A DNA stretch of 64,000 nt, taken from Candidatus Delongbacteria bacterium. GTDB lineage: Bacteria; CAIWAD01. The stretch lies in NCBI GenBank assembly GCA_963663545.1, contig OY760505.1:2880001-2944000 (forward strand). The letters are read 5' to 3'. Position numbers and translations under genes: made by a program. Positions within the stretch are counted from its first letter, which is position 1, and each line of letters starts with the position of its first letter. This document shows, in pieces, positions 44,482-53,726 of this stretch. The notes beneath the pieces are model-generated. The model made no database searches. It saw only the letters and a list, made by a program, of their open reading frames with translations, and was not told the origin of the DNA.

Positions 44482-45878
44482 TACGGCTTCTTTTTCTTCT
44501 GGCGCTTGTTCCACTGCTGCACGCAGGTGAGCCTGTATTCAACTGGGAGCTCGCGCAGTTCCTTGCTACGCCGGATTCGCAAGTGGTAGACCTTGACTGC
44601 GTCGTGATGGTGCAGCGCAGTTCCATCACGTTCAAGCCTGTGGCGGATGGGGCCAATGGCGGATATGCAGCGCGTCTCACGGTGACACAAGGACTTGCCA
44701 CCTTGGCGGATACTACCTGGGAGCGCTTGGATCACATCGCCGTCGATGAGGTGCTACGACCCGAGCAGAAGATTCCCGACATGATCAGCCTACGCTTGCC
44801 GGCGGGGAAGATGCGGCTTACGCTGACTCTGTCTGATCTCGTTACTGGTGAAAGCCGGACAAAGAGTCAGGGCACGACCCTGCTCGAGTTGTGGCGCGGT
44901 CCCAGTGTCTCTGATATCCGACTTGGTGTATCACACGCGGAACCAGCGCAAGATGGACCTTTTCTGCGCAACGGCATGCGTATGGTGCCCTACGCTGACG
45001 CTATCTATGGTCAGGGGCTTCCTGTGATACACGGACTGGTTGAGACGTACAATGTCACAACTGCAGACAGTGCCCTCTGGACAGCGCGTGTGTTAAGCGA
45101 AATGCAGAGCCTGCTGTTCAGCACGCGCCCCCGTTTGGTGAGTGAGCAGCGAACCATTCCCGGCGGATTTCTGGTCTCCTTCGAGCAGGATGTGAGTGAA
45201 CTCGCTTCCGGTTCTTACTTCCTTGAAGTCATGCTGCTGGACCGCAATCAGGTCGCGCAGGCGACAACGCGCCGTGCGGTTTGGATTCACAATCCAGGTG
45301 TCGTGCGGGAAGCCGAAGAACAGCGCATGGGTGAGTACGATCACTTCAGCGCCGAGCAGGTGGAAGAAGAATGGAGCAGCGTGCGTTTGCTTACCGACAT
45401 GCAGCAGCAGCGAACCTGGGAGTCGCTGGACTTGAATGGACGACGCGATTTTCTGGCGAACTTCTGGATGAAGCGCGATCCGGATCCCAGGACTCTGGTG
45501 AATGAAGCACGCGTGCAACACCGCTTGCGCGTGGAGCAGGCCAATGCTCGCTATGGCCGCAAGGATCAACCGGGCTACGTGACCGATCGTGGTCGTGTTT
45601 TGGTGATGTATGGCGAGCCCGCGCAGATTTCGCGCGATTACAACACGCTGATCACACGCTTCAACTTTCAGCTGCAGAATGAGCTGGGGATGGATCCTGG
45701 CGAAAGTATAGCCCGTGATCGTGTGAACAACTTCGAGTTGTGGACTTATGAGGACAAGGATAACTCGGTCTTCATTTTTGTGGACACTCACGGGTTTCAG
45801 CAATACGAGCTGGTCCATTCCACAATGCCCGGGGAATACATCGATCCCCGCTGGGTCAGAAAACTCTACACGAGGTAA
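44478..45878 (+). CDS. GWxTD-domain protein
   Basis: Signal peptide; FW.KRDPDP.T..NE, GYVTDRGRV...YGEP, ELWTY. Confidence 0.85.
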   Translation: MIRLLFLLALVPLLHAGEPVFNWELAQFLATPDSQVVDLDCVVMVQRSSITFKPVADGANGGYAARLTVTQGLATLADTTWERLDHIAVDEVLRPEQKIPDMISLRLPAGKMRLTLTLSDLVTGESRTKSQGTTLLELWRGPSVSDIRLGVSHAEPAQDGPFLRNGMRMVPYADAIYGQGLPVIHGLVETYNVTTADSALWTARVLSEMQSLLFSTRPRLVSEQRTIPGGFLVSFEQDVSELASGSYFLEVMLLDRNQVAQATTRRAVWIHNPGVVREAEEQRMGEYDHFSAEQVEEEWSSVRLLTDMQQQRTWESLDLNGRRDFLANFWMKRDPDPRTLVNEARVQHRLRVEQANARYGRKDQPGYVTDRGRVLVMYGEPAQISRDYNTLITRFNFQLQNELGMDPGESIARDRVNNFELWTYEDKDNSVFIFVDTHGFQQYELVHSTMPGEYIDPRWVRKLYTR

Positions 45879-45881
45879 GTC

Positions 45882-46616
45882 ATGATTCAAATCAGCGGAC
45901 TGTCGCGCGCTTTTGTCAACGCCGGCAAAGTGGTTCAGGCTGTTGAGAGCGTGGACCTGGATGTGAAGCCGGGCCGCGTGTTTGGTCTGCTGGGACCCAA
46001 CGGCGCCGGCAAGACCACCACGCTGCGTATCATTGCCACGCTTCTGCGTCCAGATGAAGGCCAGGTGCTGGTGGCTGGTCACGATGTGGTCCGCGAGCCG
46101 GACGCCGTGCGTGCGCGGCTGGGTTTTTTAACGGGCGCAACCGGACTCTACGATCGTCTGACTCCGCGTGAGACACTGCAGTATTTCGGCAAGCTGCAGA
46201 GCATGGAAAACGACCGCATCGAAGAGCGCATCGCCGATCTGGAGAAGGCGTTGTTGATGAGCGAATTCATGGATCGCCGCGTAGGCAAGCTATCCACAGG
46301 GCAGAAGCAGAAGACGTCCATTGCGCGCGCCATGCTGCACGATCCGCAGGTGGTCGTGCTGGATGAGCCCACGAGCGGTCTGGATGTGATTGCATCACGC
46401 AACGTGGTGCAGTTCATTCGCCGTTGCAGCGAAGAGGGTCGTACGGTGCTCTTCTCGACGCATATTTTGAGCGAAGCGCAGAGCCTGTGTTCCGATCTGG
46501 CCTTTATTCATCAGGGACGCATCGTGGAACACGGAAGCCTGGATGAAATTGTAGCACGGCACGAAAGCCACGATCTGAATTCCATTTTCCTCAAGGTTGT
46601 GGGCGAGGAGGTCTGA
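45882..46616 (+). CDS. ABC transporter ATP-binding protein (NatA-like)
   Basis: GPNGAGKTT, LSTGQKQ, LDEPT, STH. Confidence 0.9.
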   Translation: MIQISGLSRAFVNAGKVVQAVESVDLDVKPGRVFGLLGPNGAGKTTTLRIIATLLRPDEGQVLVAGHDVVREPDAVRARLGFLTGATGLYDRLTPRETLQYFGKLQSMENDRIEERIADLEKALLMSEFMDRRVGKLSTGQKQKTSIARAMLHDPQVVVLDEPTSGLDVIASRNVVQFIRRCSEEGRTVLFSTHILSEAQSLCSDLAFIHQGRIVEHGSLDEIVARHESHDLNSIFLKVVGEEV

Positions 46617-47902
46617 TGAAGGCTCCTTCCGGTGCCGACCTGGTTTCGCAGGCCTGGTGGAGAAGTCAGCTGATTTACACGTGGCGTATCCTGCAGTTGC
46701 TCGGCGCCAGCCTCTGGCACTTTCTGACTACGGGGGGAATGTCGCGGGCAGCGAGTTTGAGCTACACAACGCTGCTGTCTACGGTGCCGCTTTTCAGTCT
46801 GTTGGTTGTGGTTTTCCGCCAGGTAGGCGGTTTTGAGTGGCTGCAACAACTGGTGGAGCCACTTCTGCAGCAGTTCATGACGCCCTCTGGAAGTGGTGCG
46901 GTTAGTGCCTTTCTGCTCGAGCGCATGGCTACTCTTGACATCGGTGCCTTGGGAGTGTTTGGCGTCGTCTTTCTTGCTTTCGGTGTCTACTCACTCATCA
47001 CCACCATCGAGAACGATTTGAACAGCGTCTGGCAGGTGCAGCGCTCGCGTGGCGTGTTACGCCGCCTGATGCAGTACTGGCTGATGATGACTCTGCTGCC
47101 TATTCTGGCTGCAGCGTGGATCTACCTCTCCGGTGAGGCTGTTGTAACACGCTTCCTTGACAGTCTTCCCGCCTGGATGAGCGATGCGCGTAGCGGTGTC
47201 CTCCCCATGGCGATTCAGCTCTTCCTTTGCTGGTTCCTTTATTGGGCCATGCCCAATACACGCGTGCGTATCTTGCCCGCCGCTTTCGGTGCCGTTATTG
47301 CGGCCTTTGCCTGGGAGGGAGCCAAGGATCTGTTTACCATGTACACGCTGCGTGCTACAAATATCAGCCTGGTGTACGGCAGTCTTGCCGCCTTGCCACT
47401 TTTTATGCTCTGGATCTTTGTTTCGTGGAATATCGTGCTGGTTGGCGCCGAGTTCTCCTACGTGATACAAAATCGTCGCAGCTTGCTCCGTCGCCGCGAG
47501 TTTCGCCGCATGGGGCCTGTGCCCGATTATCTGATCGCAGTGCTGTTGATGGACGCCGTGTGCAGCGTGTTTCGCGAGGGCAAGAGCATTACGGCGGGTG
47601 GTCTGGCCGATGTGTTACAGATCCCCGAGGCCGAGTTGAATCGCGTCAGTCGCCCATTGAGAGAGAACGGGCTGCTGCGTACGACACACGATGAGGAACA
47701 GGTCCAGCTGATGCCGGGGCTTCCTCCGAGCGAGATCAAGGTGGGCCGCGTGATGCAACTCTTCATGCGGCATCCGGACGAGTTTGGTGAGACGATCGCT
47801 TCTGCGCGGTTTCGTCAGGTAATGGAATGGTACGCGCCTCGACATGCTCGCATGTTGGACGTGTTCACTGATGTCGATTTTTCCAGGGAGCTGCAAGGAT
47901 GA
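46616..47902 (+). CDS. YihY/BrkB-family membrane protein with a probable C-terminal wHTH
   Basis: AASLSYTTLLS.VP, YGSLAALP, W.IVL.GAE. Confidence 0.88.
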   Translation: MKAPSGADLVSQAWWRSQLIYTWRILQLLGASLWHFLTTGGMSRAASLSYTTLLSTVPLFSLLVVVFRQVGGFEWLQQLVEPLLQQFMTPSGSGAVSAFLLERMATLDIGALGVFGVVFLAFGVYSLITTIENDLNSVWQVQRSRGVLRRLMQYWLMMTLLPILAAAWIYLSGEAVVTRFLDSLPAWMSDARSGVLPMAIQLFLCWFLYWAMPNTRVRILPAAFGAVIAAFAWEGAKDLFTMYTLRATNISLVYGSLAALPLFMLWIFVSWNIVLVGAEFSYVIQNRRSLLRRREFRRMGPVPDYLIAVLLMDAVCSVFREGKSITAGGLADVLQIPEAELNRVSRPLRENGLLRTTHDEEQVQLMPGLPPSEIKVGRVMQLFMRHPDEFGETIASARFRQVMEWYAPRHARMLDVFTDVDFSRELQG

Positions 47903-49131
47903 GAAAGAGTGTTATCTGGGTTGTGGCCTTCAAGGAACTCCGCGACCTGCTGCGCGATCGTCGCACGATCATGTCCATGATCATCATTCCTGTCCTGTCG
48001 ATGCCGCTGTTGCTTGGTGGAATCGGCTACTTCATGGCTTCTTCCGTAAAGAAGATGCAGGAACAACAAATCGAGATTGGCGTGATTGGTGCGCAGTATG
48101 CGCCTGAGCGTCTAGCCCCGCTCCAGGAAATGCCCAACGTCACGCTGCATCTTGATGTATCACAGGATCGTTCTCCCGACAGCCTGATTTACGCAGATGG
48201 ATTGACCCTGGTGCTGCAATTGCAGCCGGAGATGGGACAGATCATGACTCGTCTTCACGAAGAGGGCGAGCTGCAACCGGCAGAGCTGGATTTGTATTAC
48301 GACAGCACCAGCGATGCGGCCAGCATTGCTTCCAAGCGCGTTGTAGCCGTGTTGCAGGATGACCGCGCAAAGGCCTCAGAAACCTGGCTGAGTGCGCAAG
48401 GTATTCAGCCCGTTGTGGTCAAACCCTGGGTGATACAACACATGGATGTGGCACCGCAGCATCGTAAGGGAGCCGATCTACTTTCGCGCCTGCTGCCCTA
48501 TATGATCCTACTGATGACACTTCAGGCGGCCATGTATCCTGCCATGGATCTCACCGCAGGTGAGAAGGAGCGCTCGACCATTGAGACATTGCTGGTGAAT
48601 CCGGTGAAGCGTTCCGATCTAGTCATGGGAAAGTTTGTTGCGACGGTGGCCATGTCCATCGGCAGCGCCTTGTTCACCCTGGGCAGTCAGTATGTCTTCT
48701 TCAATTATGCCGGTGGCGCCTTCATGTCCCGGTTCGGCGATATGGGGCTGGACATTGAACTGAATCTCGGCGGTCTTGCTGTTGGACTGGCCGTTCTGGT
48801 GCCCATGGTGCTGGCCTTCTGTGCCGTATTGCTGGCCATTTCGGTTTTTGCCCGCAGCATGAAAGAGGCGCAGAGCTACCTTGGACCGCTGATGATGATG
48901 GTCATTTTTCCCGCGATGGCAAGCATGATCCCCGGCGTGGAGTTGAACTACGCTATCGCGCTGATTCCCGTGTTCAACGTGGCCCTTGTAATGAAATCGG
49001 CCCTGCTGCTGGATTTCAGCCAACCGGGTTTGCTGGTGACTGTATTCGTGGCGAACTCGGCCTACGCGGTCCTTTCGCTTTGGGCGGCCAGTTGGATGTT
49101 CCGTCGAGAACAGGTCATTTTCCGTTCCTGA
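47899..49131 (+). CDS. ABC-2 permease (NatB-like)
   Basis: KELRDLLRDRRT, AGEKERSTIETLL, RSMKEAQ. Confidence 0.88.
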   Translation: MRKSVIWVVAFKELRDLLRDRRTIMSMIIIPVLSMPLLLGGIGYFMASSVKKMQEQQIEIGVIGAQYAPERLAPLQEMPNVTLHLDVSQDRSPDSLIYADGLTLVLQLQPEMGQIMTRLHEEGELQPAELDLYYDSTSDAASIASKRVVAVLQDDRAKASETWLSAQGIQPVVVKPWVIQHMDVAPQHRKGADLLSRLLPYMILLMTLQAAMYPAMDLTAGEKERSTIETLLVNPVKRSDLVMGKFVATVAMSIGSALFTLGSQYVFFNYAGGAFMSRFGDMGLDIELNLGGLAVGLAVLVPMVLAFCAVLLAISVFARSMKEAQSYLGPLMMMVIFPAMASMIPGVELNYAIALIPVFNVALVMKSALLLDFSQPGLLVTVFVANSAYAVLSLWAASWMFRREQVIFRS

Positions 49132-49223
49132 TGATGCTGGAGAAAAGAGGTCACGGAGTGTTTCTTCCACTGACTGCAAGCCATACCCGCGAATGCTGCG
49201 GGCTCGAATTGGTAGATTGAGTC

Positions 49224-49643
49224 ATGCACCGAAAATTGTTCAGACGCATTCGTGAGCGCAGTGATCGGGTCAGCATTGAGAAGATCCAGTTTTATGCGTA
49301 TCACGGCCATCGTAGCGAGGAGCACATCCTCGGCCAGCGCTTCGAGTGTTCGATTCACGCCTACCTGGATCTTTCCACGCCAGGGCGCAGCGATCAGCTT
49401 GAGCATACATTGGACTATTACGAGTTGCACCGCGTTGTTAGCGAGTGGGTAACCACTCACCGCTTCCATCTTCTGGAAGCTCTGGCCGAAAGCTTGGCCC
49501 AACACATTTTTGAGTGCTTTGATCTTGTTGACGCGCTTTCGCTATGCGTTCGCAAACTGAATCCGCCCATCCCCCACTACTACGGCCACGTGGAAGTGGA
49601 GGTGACACGTGTTCATCCCAGATATCTGGTGGAGAACAGGTGA
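49224..49643 (+). CDS. folB: Dihydroneopterin aldolase
   Basis: FYAYHG...E...GQRF, TLDY, LLEALAE, K..PP. Confidence 0.92.
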   Translation: MHRKLFRRIRERSDRVSIEKIQFYAYHGHRSEEHILGQRFECSIHAYLDLSTPGRSDQLEHTLDYYELHRVVSEWVTTHRFHLLEALAESLAQHIFECFDLVDALSLCVRKLNPPIPHYYGHVEVEVTRVHPRYLVENR

Positions 49644-50185
49644 TCTACTGGCTTGGGCTTGGGGCCAATTTGGGCTGTGTGCGTGAGACTTTTTTGCGCG
49701 CATTGCAGATGATGCAGGACCGGGGCATCGAAGTGCTGCAGGTGAGTTCTTTGTATCACAGTCCGCCAATGGGACCCTCCGATCAACCGGATTTCACAAA
49801 TGCTGTGGCAGAAGTGAGTTCTTCGCTCTCTCCTGAGATGCTGATGGATGTGACACAGGAAATCGAGCGACTGGCAGGACGCAAACAGCGTGCACGATGG
49901 CGCGAGCGCGAATTGGATCTGGATCTGCTGCTGGCTCGAGAGGGCGAGCGCTGGTTGAGTATTGATTCCGCAGCATTGAAGGTGCCGCATGTTGGATTGC
50001 GATCACGCGCTTTTGTGATACAGCCCTTGCTGGAACTTCATCCTGACATGTGTCACCCGGAGGATGGAAAGCGGCTACAGGATATTCTGGCTGAACCCGC
50101 ACTGCGGGAGCAGTGTGTAACACGTATTGAAGAGGAACAACAATGGTACCGGAGAAACTCCGTTCCATCGCAATTGAAGGCGTGA
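49640..50185 (+). CDS. folK: HPPK (2-amino-4-hydroxy-6-hydroxymethyldihydropteridine diphosphokinase)
   Basis: LGLGANLG, QPDFTNAV, RELDLDLL, VPH...RAFV. Confidence 0.92.
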   Translation: MIYWLGLGANLGCVRETFLRALQMMQDRGIEVLQVSSLYHSPPMGPSDQPDFTNAVAEVSSSLSPEMLMDVTQEIERLAGRKQRARWRERELDLDLLLAREGERWLSIDSAALKVPHVGLRSRAFVIQPLLELHPDMCHPEDGKRLQDILAEPALREQCVTRIEEEQQWYRRNSVPSQLKA

Positions 50186-50784
50186 TCGGTGTCGGCAAAA
50201 CCAGTTTGACCAAACGCTTGGCGGAAGCCTGGGGTGGGCGGCTGGTGATGGAAGAGCCCCACAAAAATCCTTTTCTGGAGGACTTCTACCGCGAGCCGCG
50301 CCACTACGCCTTTCAGGTTCAGCTCAATTTCCTCTTTGCTCGTTACAATCAGTTGCTGCGCTTGAGTCAGATGACGCTTTTCGAAGCTGTCACTGTCAGC
50401 GATTACCTCTTCGACAAGGATAAAATCTTTGCTTACATGAACCTGGACGAGCGGGAAATCGTGCTCTATGAACGCATCATCGAGTTCATGGAGCGTGATA
50501 TTCACCGTCCCGATCTGGTCGTCTATCTGCAATCGAGCAACGAACGCTTGATGCAGAACATCCGCATTCGCAATCGCAGCTACGAGCGTGCCATGGATCG
50601 CGATTACATCGCGCGGCTCAACGAAGCCTACAACCGTTTCTTCTTGAGCTACAAACGCACGCCGCTGTTGATCGTAAACGCCAACGAGATCGATTTCGTC
50701 AACAATCAGCAGCACTGGTCGGATCTGCTGTCGCGACTGGAACAGCCGGTCGTGGGAACCATGTATTACAACCCATCTGTGTAG
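50143..50784 (+). CDS. Deoxynucleoside kinase (dCK/dGK family)
   Basis: IEGVIGVGKT, NPFLEDFY, PDLVVYL, RNRSYE. Confidence 0.92.
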   Translation: MVPEKLRSIAIEGVIGVGKTSLTKRLAEAWGGRLVMEEPHKNPFLEDFYREPRHYAFQVQLNFLFARYNQLLRLSQMTLFEAVTVSDYLFDKDKIFAYMNLDEREIVLYERIIEFMERDIHRPDLVVYLQSSNERLMQNIRIRNRSYERAMDRDYIARLNEAYNRFFLSYKRTPLLIVNANEIDFVNNQQHWSDLLSRLEQPVVGTMYYNPSV

Positions 50785-50793
50785 GATCCTTTT

Positions 50794-50973
50794 GTGAGAC
50801 TTATTTCTTCGTTGATCCAGATCCTGGCCCTGATTTTCGTGATACGACTGGTACTTCGGTTGTTTCTTCCTTCGCGGCCCCGGCAGCAAACACCCTTTTC
50901 GCGGTCAGAACCGCGCACTCCCGAGCAAGGTGATTTTGAGGTTGTGGAGGACGAGGAGGAAAAGAAGTCGTGA
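50794..50973 (+). CDS. Small single-TM protein with an acidic tail (59 aa, absent from the ORF track)
   Basis: MRLISSLIQILALIFVIRLVLRLFLPSRPRQQTPFSRSEPRTPEQGDFEVVEDEEEKKS; AGGA RBS; GTGA overlap with rne/rng. Confidence 0.7.
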   Translation: MRLISSLIQILALIFVIRLVLRLFLPSRPRQQTPFSRSEPRTPEQGDFEVVEDEEEKKS

Positions 50974-52709
50974 GTCGCAGCATCGTAATCAATGTATCAC
51001 CGGCAGAGACCCGCGTTGCCATTCTGGAAGAAGAGCGACTGAGCGAGATCTTCGTTGAGCGTGCCGAGAAAGACCGGCGCTTGGGTGAAATTCGCCTGGG
51101 AAAGGTGATCAAAGTTGCGCGCGCAGTGCACGCGGCCTTTGTCAATGTCGGTATTGAAGCGGATGGCTTTCTGCCTTTTGCCGACTGCCGTCCCAATCTT
51201 CTTCCGCATCTGCGCGGAGCGGCTGCGGAAGCCCCCGAGCCGGAAGCGAGCGCAAAACGTCGGCGGCAACGCAAAGACCGCACCTTGTATCACAATGCTC
51301 CCATCAGTGAGGGGGAGCTGGTTCCGGTGCAGATCGTTAAGGAGCCCATTTCGACCAAGGGCGCGCGTTTGTCGATGCAGCTTTCATTGCCCGGGCGTTA
51401 CATGGTGCTGATTCCGCACGACCGCACAACGGGTGTCAGTCGGCGCATTAGCCAGGCTCGCGAGCGCAAGCGTTTGAAGGAGATTGCGCGCGAGCTGCGT
51501 CCCGAAGGCTGCGGCGTGATCATTCGCACTATTGCTGAAGGACACACGCAGGAAGAACTGCAGCACGACCTGAATGTCAGTCGGCGCATTAGCCAGGCTC
51601 GCGAGCGCAAGCGTTTGAAGGAGATTGCGCGCGAGCTGCGTCCCGAAGGCTGCGGCGTGATCATTCGCACTATTGCTGAAGGACACACGCAGGAAGAACT
51701 GCAGCACGACCTGAATGAGCTGCTGGAGAGTTGGGAGCGCATTCAGCGTCGCTTGAAGACGGCGCAGCCCGGTGAAGTAGTACACCGCGATCTAGGTATG
51801 GTCAGCGGCATTCTGCGCGATCTGTTTACAAAGGACATCGAGCACGTAGTGGTGGACAATCGTCAGCTGTTGCGCGAAGTTCGTGGTTATCTTCGCGAGG
51901 TGCAGCCGACGCTGGTGGATCGCATCGAGCTTTTCCGCGGGCGCGAGCCGGTTTTCGATCACTATGGTGTGGAGCCTGAAATCGAGAAGAGCCTGGAGCG
52001 CCGCGTCTGGTTGAAAGGCGGAGGAAGCCTGGTGATCGAGCACACCGAGGCGCTGGTTTCCATCGATGTCAATTCCGGGCGCTTTGCCCGCAAGAACAAC
52101 CTCGAAGAGAATGCGCTACGTGTAAACCTGGAGGCGGCGCGTGAAATCTGCCGCCAACTGCGGCTGCGTGATCTGGGTGGACTGGTTGTCATTGACTTCA
52201 TTGATATGCAGCAGGAAGACAATCGTCGCAAGCTGGAAACCGAGATGAAGGGCGAGTTGCGCAAGGATCGCGCGCAGACCGATGTTGCTCCGCTTTCGCG
52301 CTTCGGTTTGCTGGAGATGACTCGCGAGCGCGTACGACCCGCGCTGATTCACACTCTGCATCAGCCTTGCGGCGTTTGCGGCGGCACAGGCATGGTTCCC
52401 TCGCGCGATACCGTGATAAGCGAGCTGGAACGCTGGATACGTCGTTTCCGGGTTGCCACCGGCGAGCGCAGGCTTGAAATCAGCGTTGCCCCGGGGCTGC
52501 ACGAGTACTTAACAACGGGATTGCGCAGCCCGGTTCGCATTATGATGTGGCGGAACCTGATGCGCATCATTCTGAAGAAGTCCGAGCAACTGGAAGAGTG
52601 TGAGTACCGATGCTATTCTCTGAAGCAAGGCAAAGACCTGACTGCCGTTTACGCGCGCGGAGTGGGCACACAGCGCATGTTGGCGGGTTTGGAGGAGGAA
52701 CAGGAGTGA
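50970..52709 (+). CDS. Ribonuclease E/G-family protein
   Basis: AAFVNVG..DGFL, QIVKEP..TKGAR, IDVNSG, LRDLGGLVVIDFIDM, GLLEMTR, C..C.GTG. Confidence 0.95.
   Translation: MSRSIVINVSPAETRVAILEEERLSEIFVERAEKDRRLGEIRLGKVIKVARAVHAAFVNVGIEADGFLPFADCRPNLLPHLRGAAAEAPEPEASAKRRRQRKDRTLYHNAPISEGELVPVQIVKEPISTKGARLSMQLSLPGRYMVLIPHDRTTGVSRRISQARERKRLKEIARELRPEGCGVIIRTIAEGHTQEELQHDLNVSRRISQARERKRLKEIARELRPEGCGVIIRTIAEGHTQEELQHDLNELLESWERIQRRLKTAQPGEVVHRDLGMVSGILRDLFTKDIEHVVVDNRQLLREVRGYLREVQPTLVDRIELFRGREPVFDHYGVEPEIEKSLERRVWLKGGGSLVIEHTEALVSIDVNSGRFARKNNLEENALRVNLEAAREICRQLRLRDLGGLVVIDFIDMQQEDNRRKLETEMKGELRKDRAQTDVAPLSRFGLLEMTRERVRPALIHTLHQPCGVCGGTGMVPSRDTVISELERWIRRFRVATGERRLEISVAPGLHEYLTTGLRSPVRIMMWRNLMRIILKKSEQLEECEYRCYSLKQGKDLTAVYARGVGTQRMLAGLEEEQE
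51434..51717. repeat. Perfect 141-bp tandem duplication (47 aa, in frame)
   Basis: 51434-51574 equals 51575-51715, plus a 2-nt TG overlap. Confidence 0.95.
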
Positions 52710-52737
52710 ACTCCTTGACTCTTTTCTCTTTGTCTGC

Positions 52738-52766
52738 TTGACTCTCTTGATTGCCGAAATTATACT
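52738..52766 (+). promoter_or_regulatory. sigma70 promoter of rplU-rpmA
   Basis: TTGACT-17 nt-TATACT. Confidence 0.7.
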
Positions 52767-52798
52767 CATTGTCTTTGCAAATGTCGGAGGAAAGATAG

Positions 52799-53110
52799 AT
52801 GTACGCCATCGCTGAAATCGCCGGCCGCCAGGTTCAGCTCTCCCAAGGGCTGAAGTTGCGCGTCCCTAAGCTGGATCTCGAAGCCGGCGCCAAGCTTACG
52901 GTGGACCGCGTTCTGGCCCTTGTCGATGGCGAGAACAGCCGTTTCGGTGCCCCGGTGCTTGATGGAATGAAGATCGAGGCCACGGTGCTTGAGCACGGTC
53001 TCGGGCGCAAAGTGATCAACTTCAAGATGAAGCGCCGTAAAGGTTATCGTCGCAAGCACGGTCACCGTCAGGCCTACACCTTGATCAACGTCGATTCCAT
53101 CAGCGCCTGA
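52799..53110 (+). CDS. rplU: 50S ribosomal protein L21
   Basis: MYAIAEIAGRQ, FKMKRRKGYRRKHGHRQ. Confidence 0.97.
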   Translation: MYAIAEIAGRQVQLSQGLKLRVPKLDLEAGAKLTVDRVLALVDGENSRFGAPVLDGMKIEATVLEHGLGRKVINFKMKRRKGYRRKHGHRQAYTLINVDSISA

Positions 53111-53134
53111 CGCCAAGGGAAAGGATAAGTACTC

Positions 53135-53380
53135 ATGGCACATAAAAAAGGTCAGTCCAGTACTCGTAACGGTCGCGATTCCAATCCCCAGTTTTTGGGT
53201 GTGAAGCGCTTCGGTGGCGAGCAGGTGGTGAGTGGCAATATTATCGTCCGCCAGCGTGGAACCCATTTCCATCCCGGTGCGAACGTGCGTCGCGGCAACG
53301 ATGACACCCTGTACGCTGTGGCAGAAGGCAAAGTGACCTTCCATCGTGGCCACGGTCGTCGTCTGGTGTCCGTCCTGTAG
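53135..53380 (+). CDS. rpmA: 50S ribosomal protein L27
   Basis: [24 protein letters not shown]. Confidence 0.98.
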   Translation: MAHKKGQSSTRNGRDSNPQFLGVKRFGGEQVVSGNIIVRQRGTHFHPGANVRRGNDDTLYAVAEGKVTFHRGHGRRLVSVL

Positions 53381-53439
53381 GACGCTCCGTCAGAACACCG
53401 CAGACTGCGAGCCCGTGAGGGCTACATGCTGAAGCTCAG

Positions 53440-53470
53440 GGCCCGTTCCTTCGTGGAGCGGGCCTTTTCT
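53440..53470 (+). terminator. Terminator after rpmA
   Basis: GGCCCGTTCC...GGAGCGGGCC plus TTTT. Confidence 0.7.
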
Positions 53471-53527
53471 GCTCGTATGCCGGGTGGCGAGAGGCCCGTG
53501 ATTTCTGGTGGCGAGTGTGTTTGCCTT

Positions 53528-53639
53528 ATAGGAGTACTCAGAAGCTCTGTCTAACCTCTTTGCCTGGATCTATCGTAAATGCTGATATTGCAATCATTTG
53601 ATTGGCGATTCGTTGGACAGAACATTCAAGTACTCCTAT
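53528..53639. mobile_element. Second MITE-like element with 28-bp imperfect terminal inverted repeats
   Basis: ATAGGAGTACT...CTGTCTAAC versus GTTGGACAG...AGTACTCCTAT; AT-rich core. Confidence 0.55.
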
Positions 53640-53661
53640 CCTCTTCCTTTGGCGGTAAAAT

Positions 53662-53691
53662 GAAGGACCCGCCCCTGCCAGGGCGGGTCCC
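53662..53691 (-). terminator. Terminator of the GIN-domain gene
   Basis: GGACCCGCCC/GGGCGGGTCC stem with A-rich sequence on the left. Confidence 0.6.
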
Positions 53692-53726
53692 ACCGCAAAA
53701 GGTACTCGAATCAGAGAGGGGTAGGG

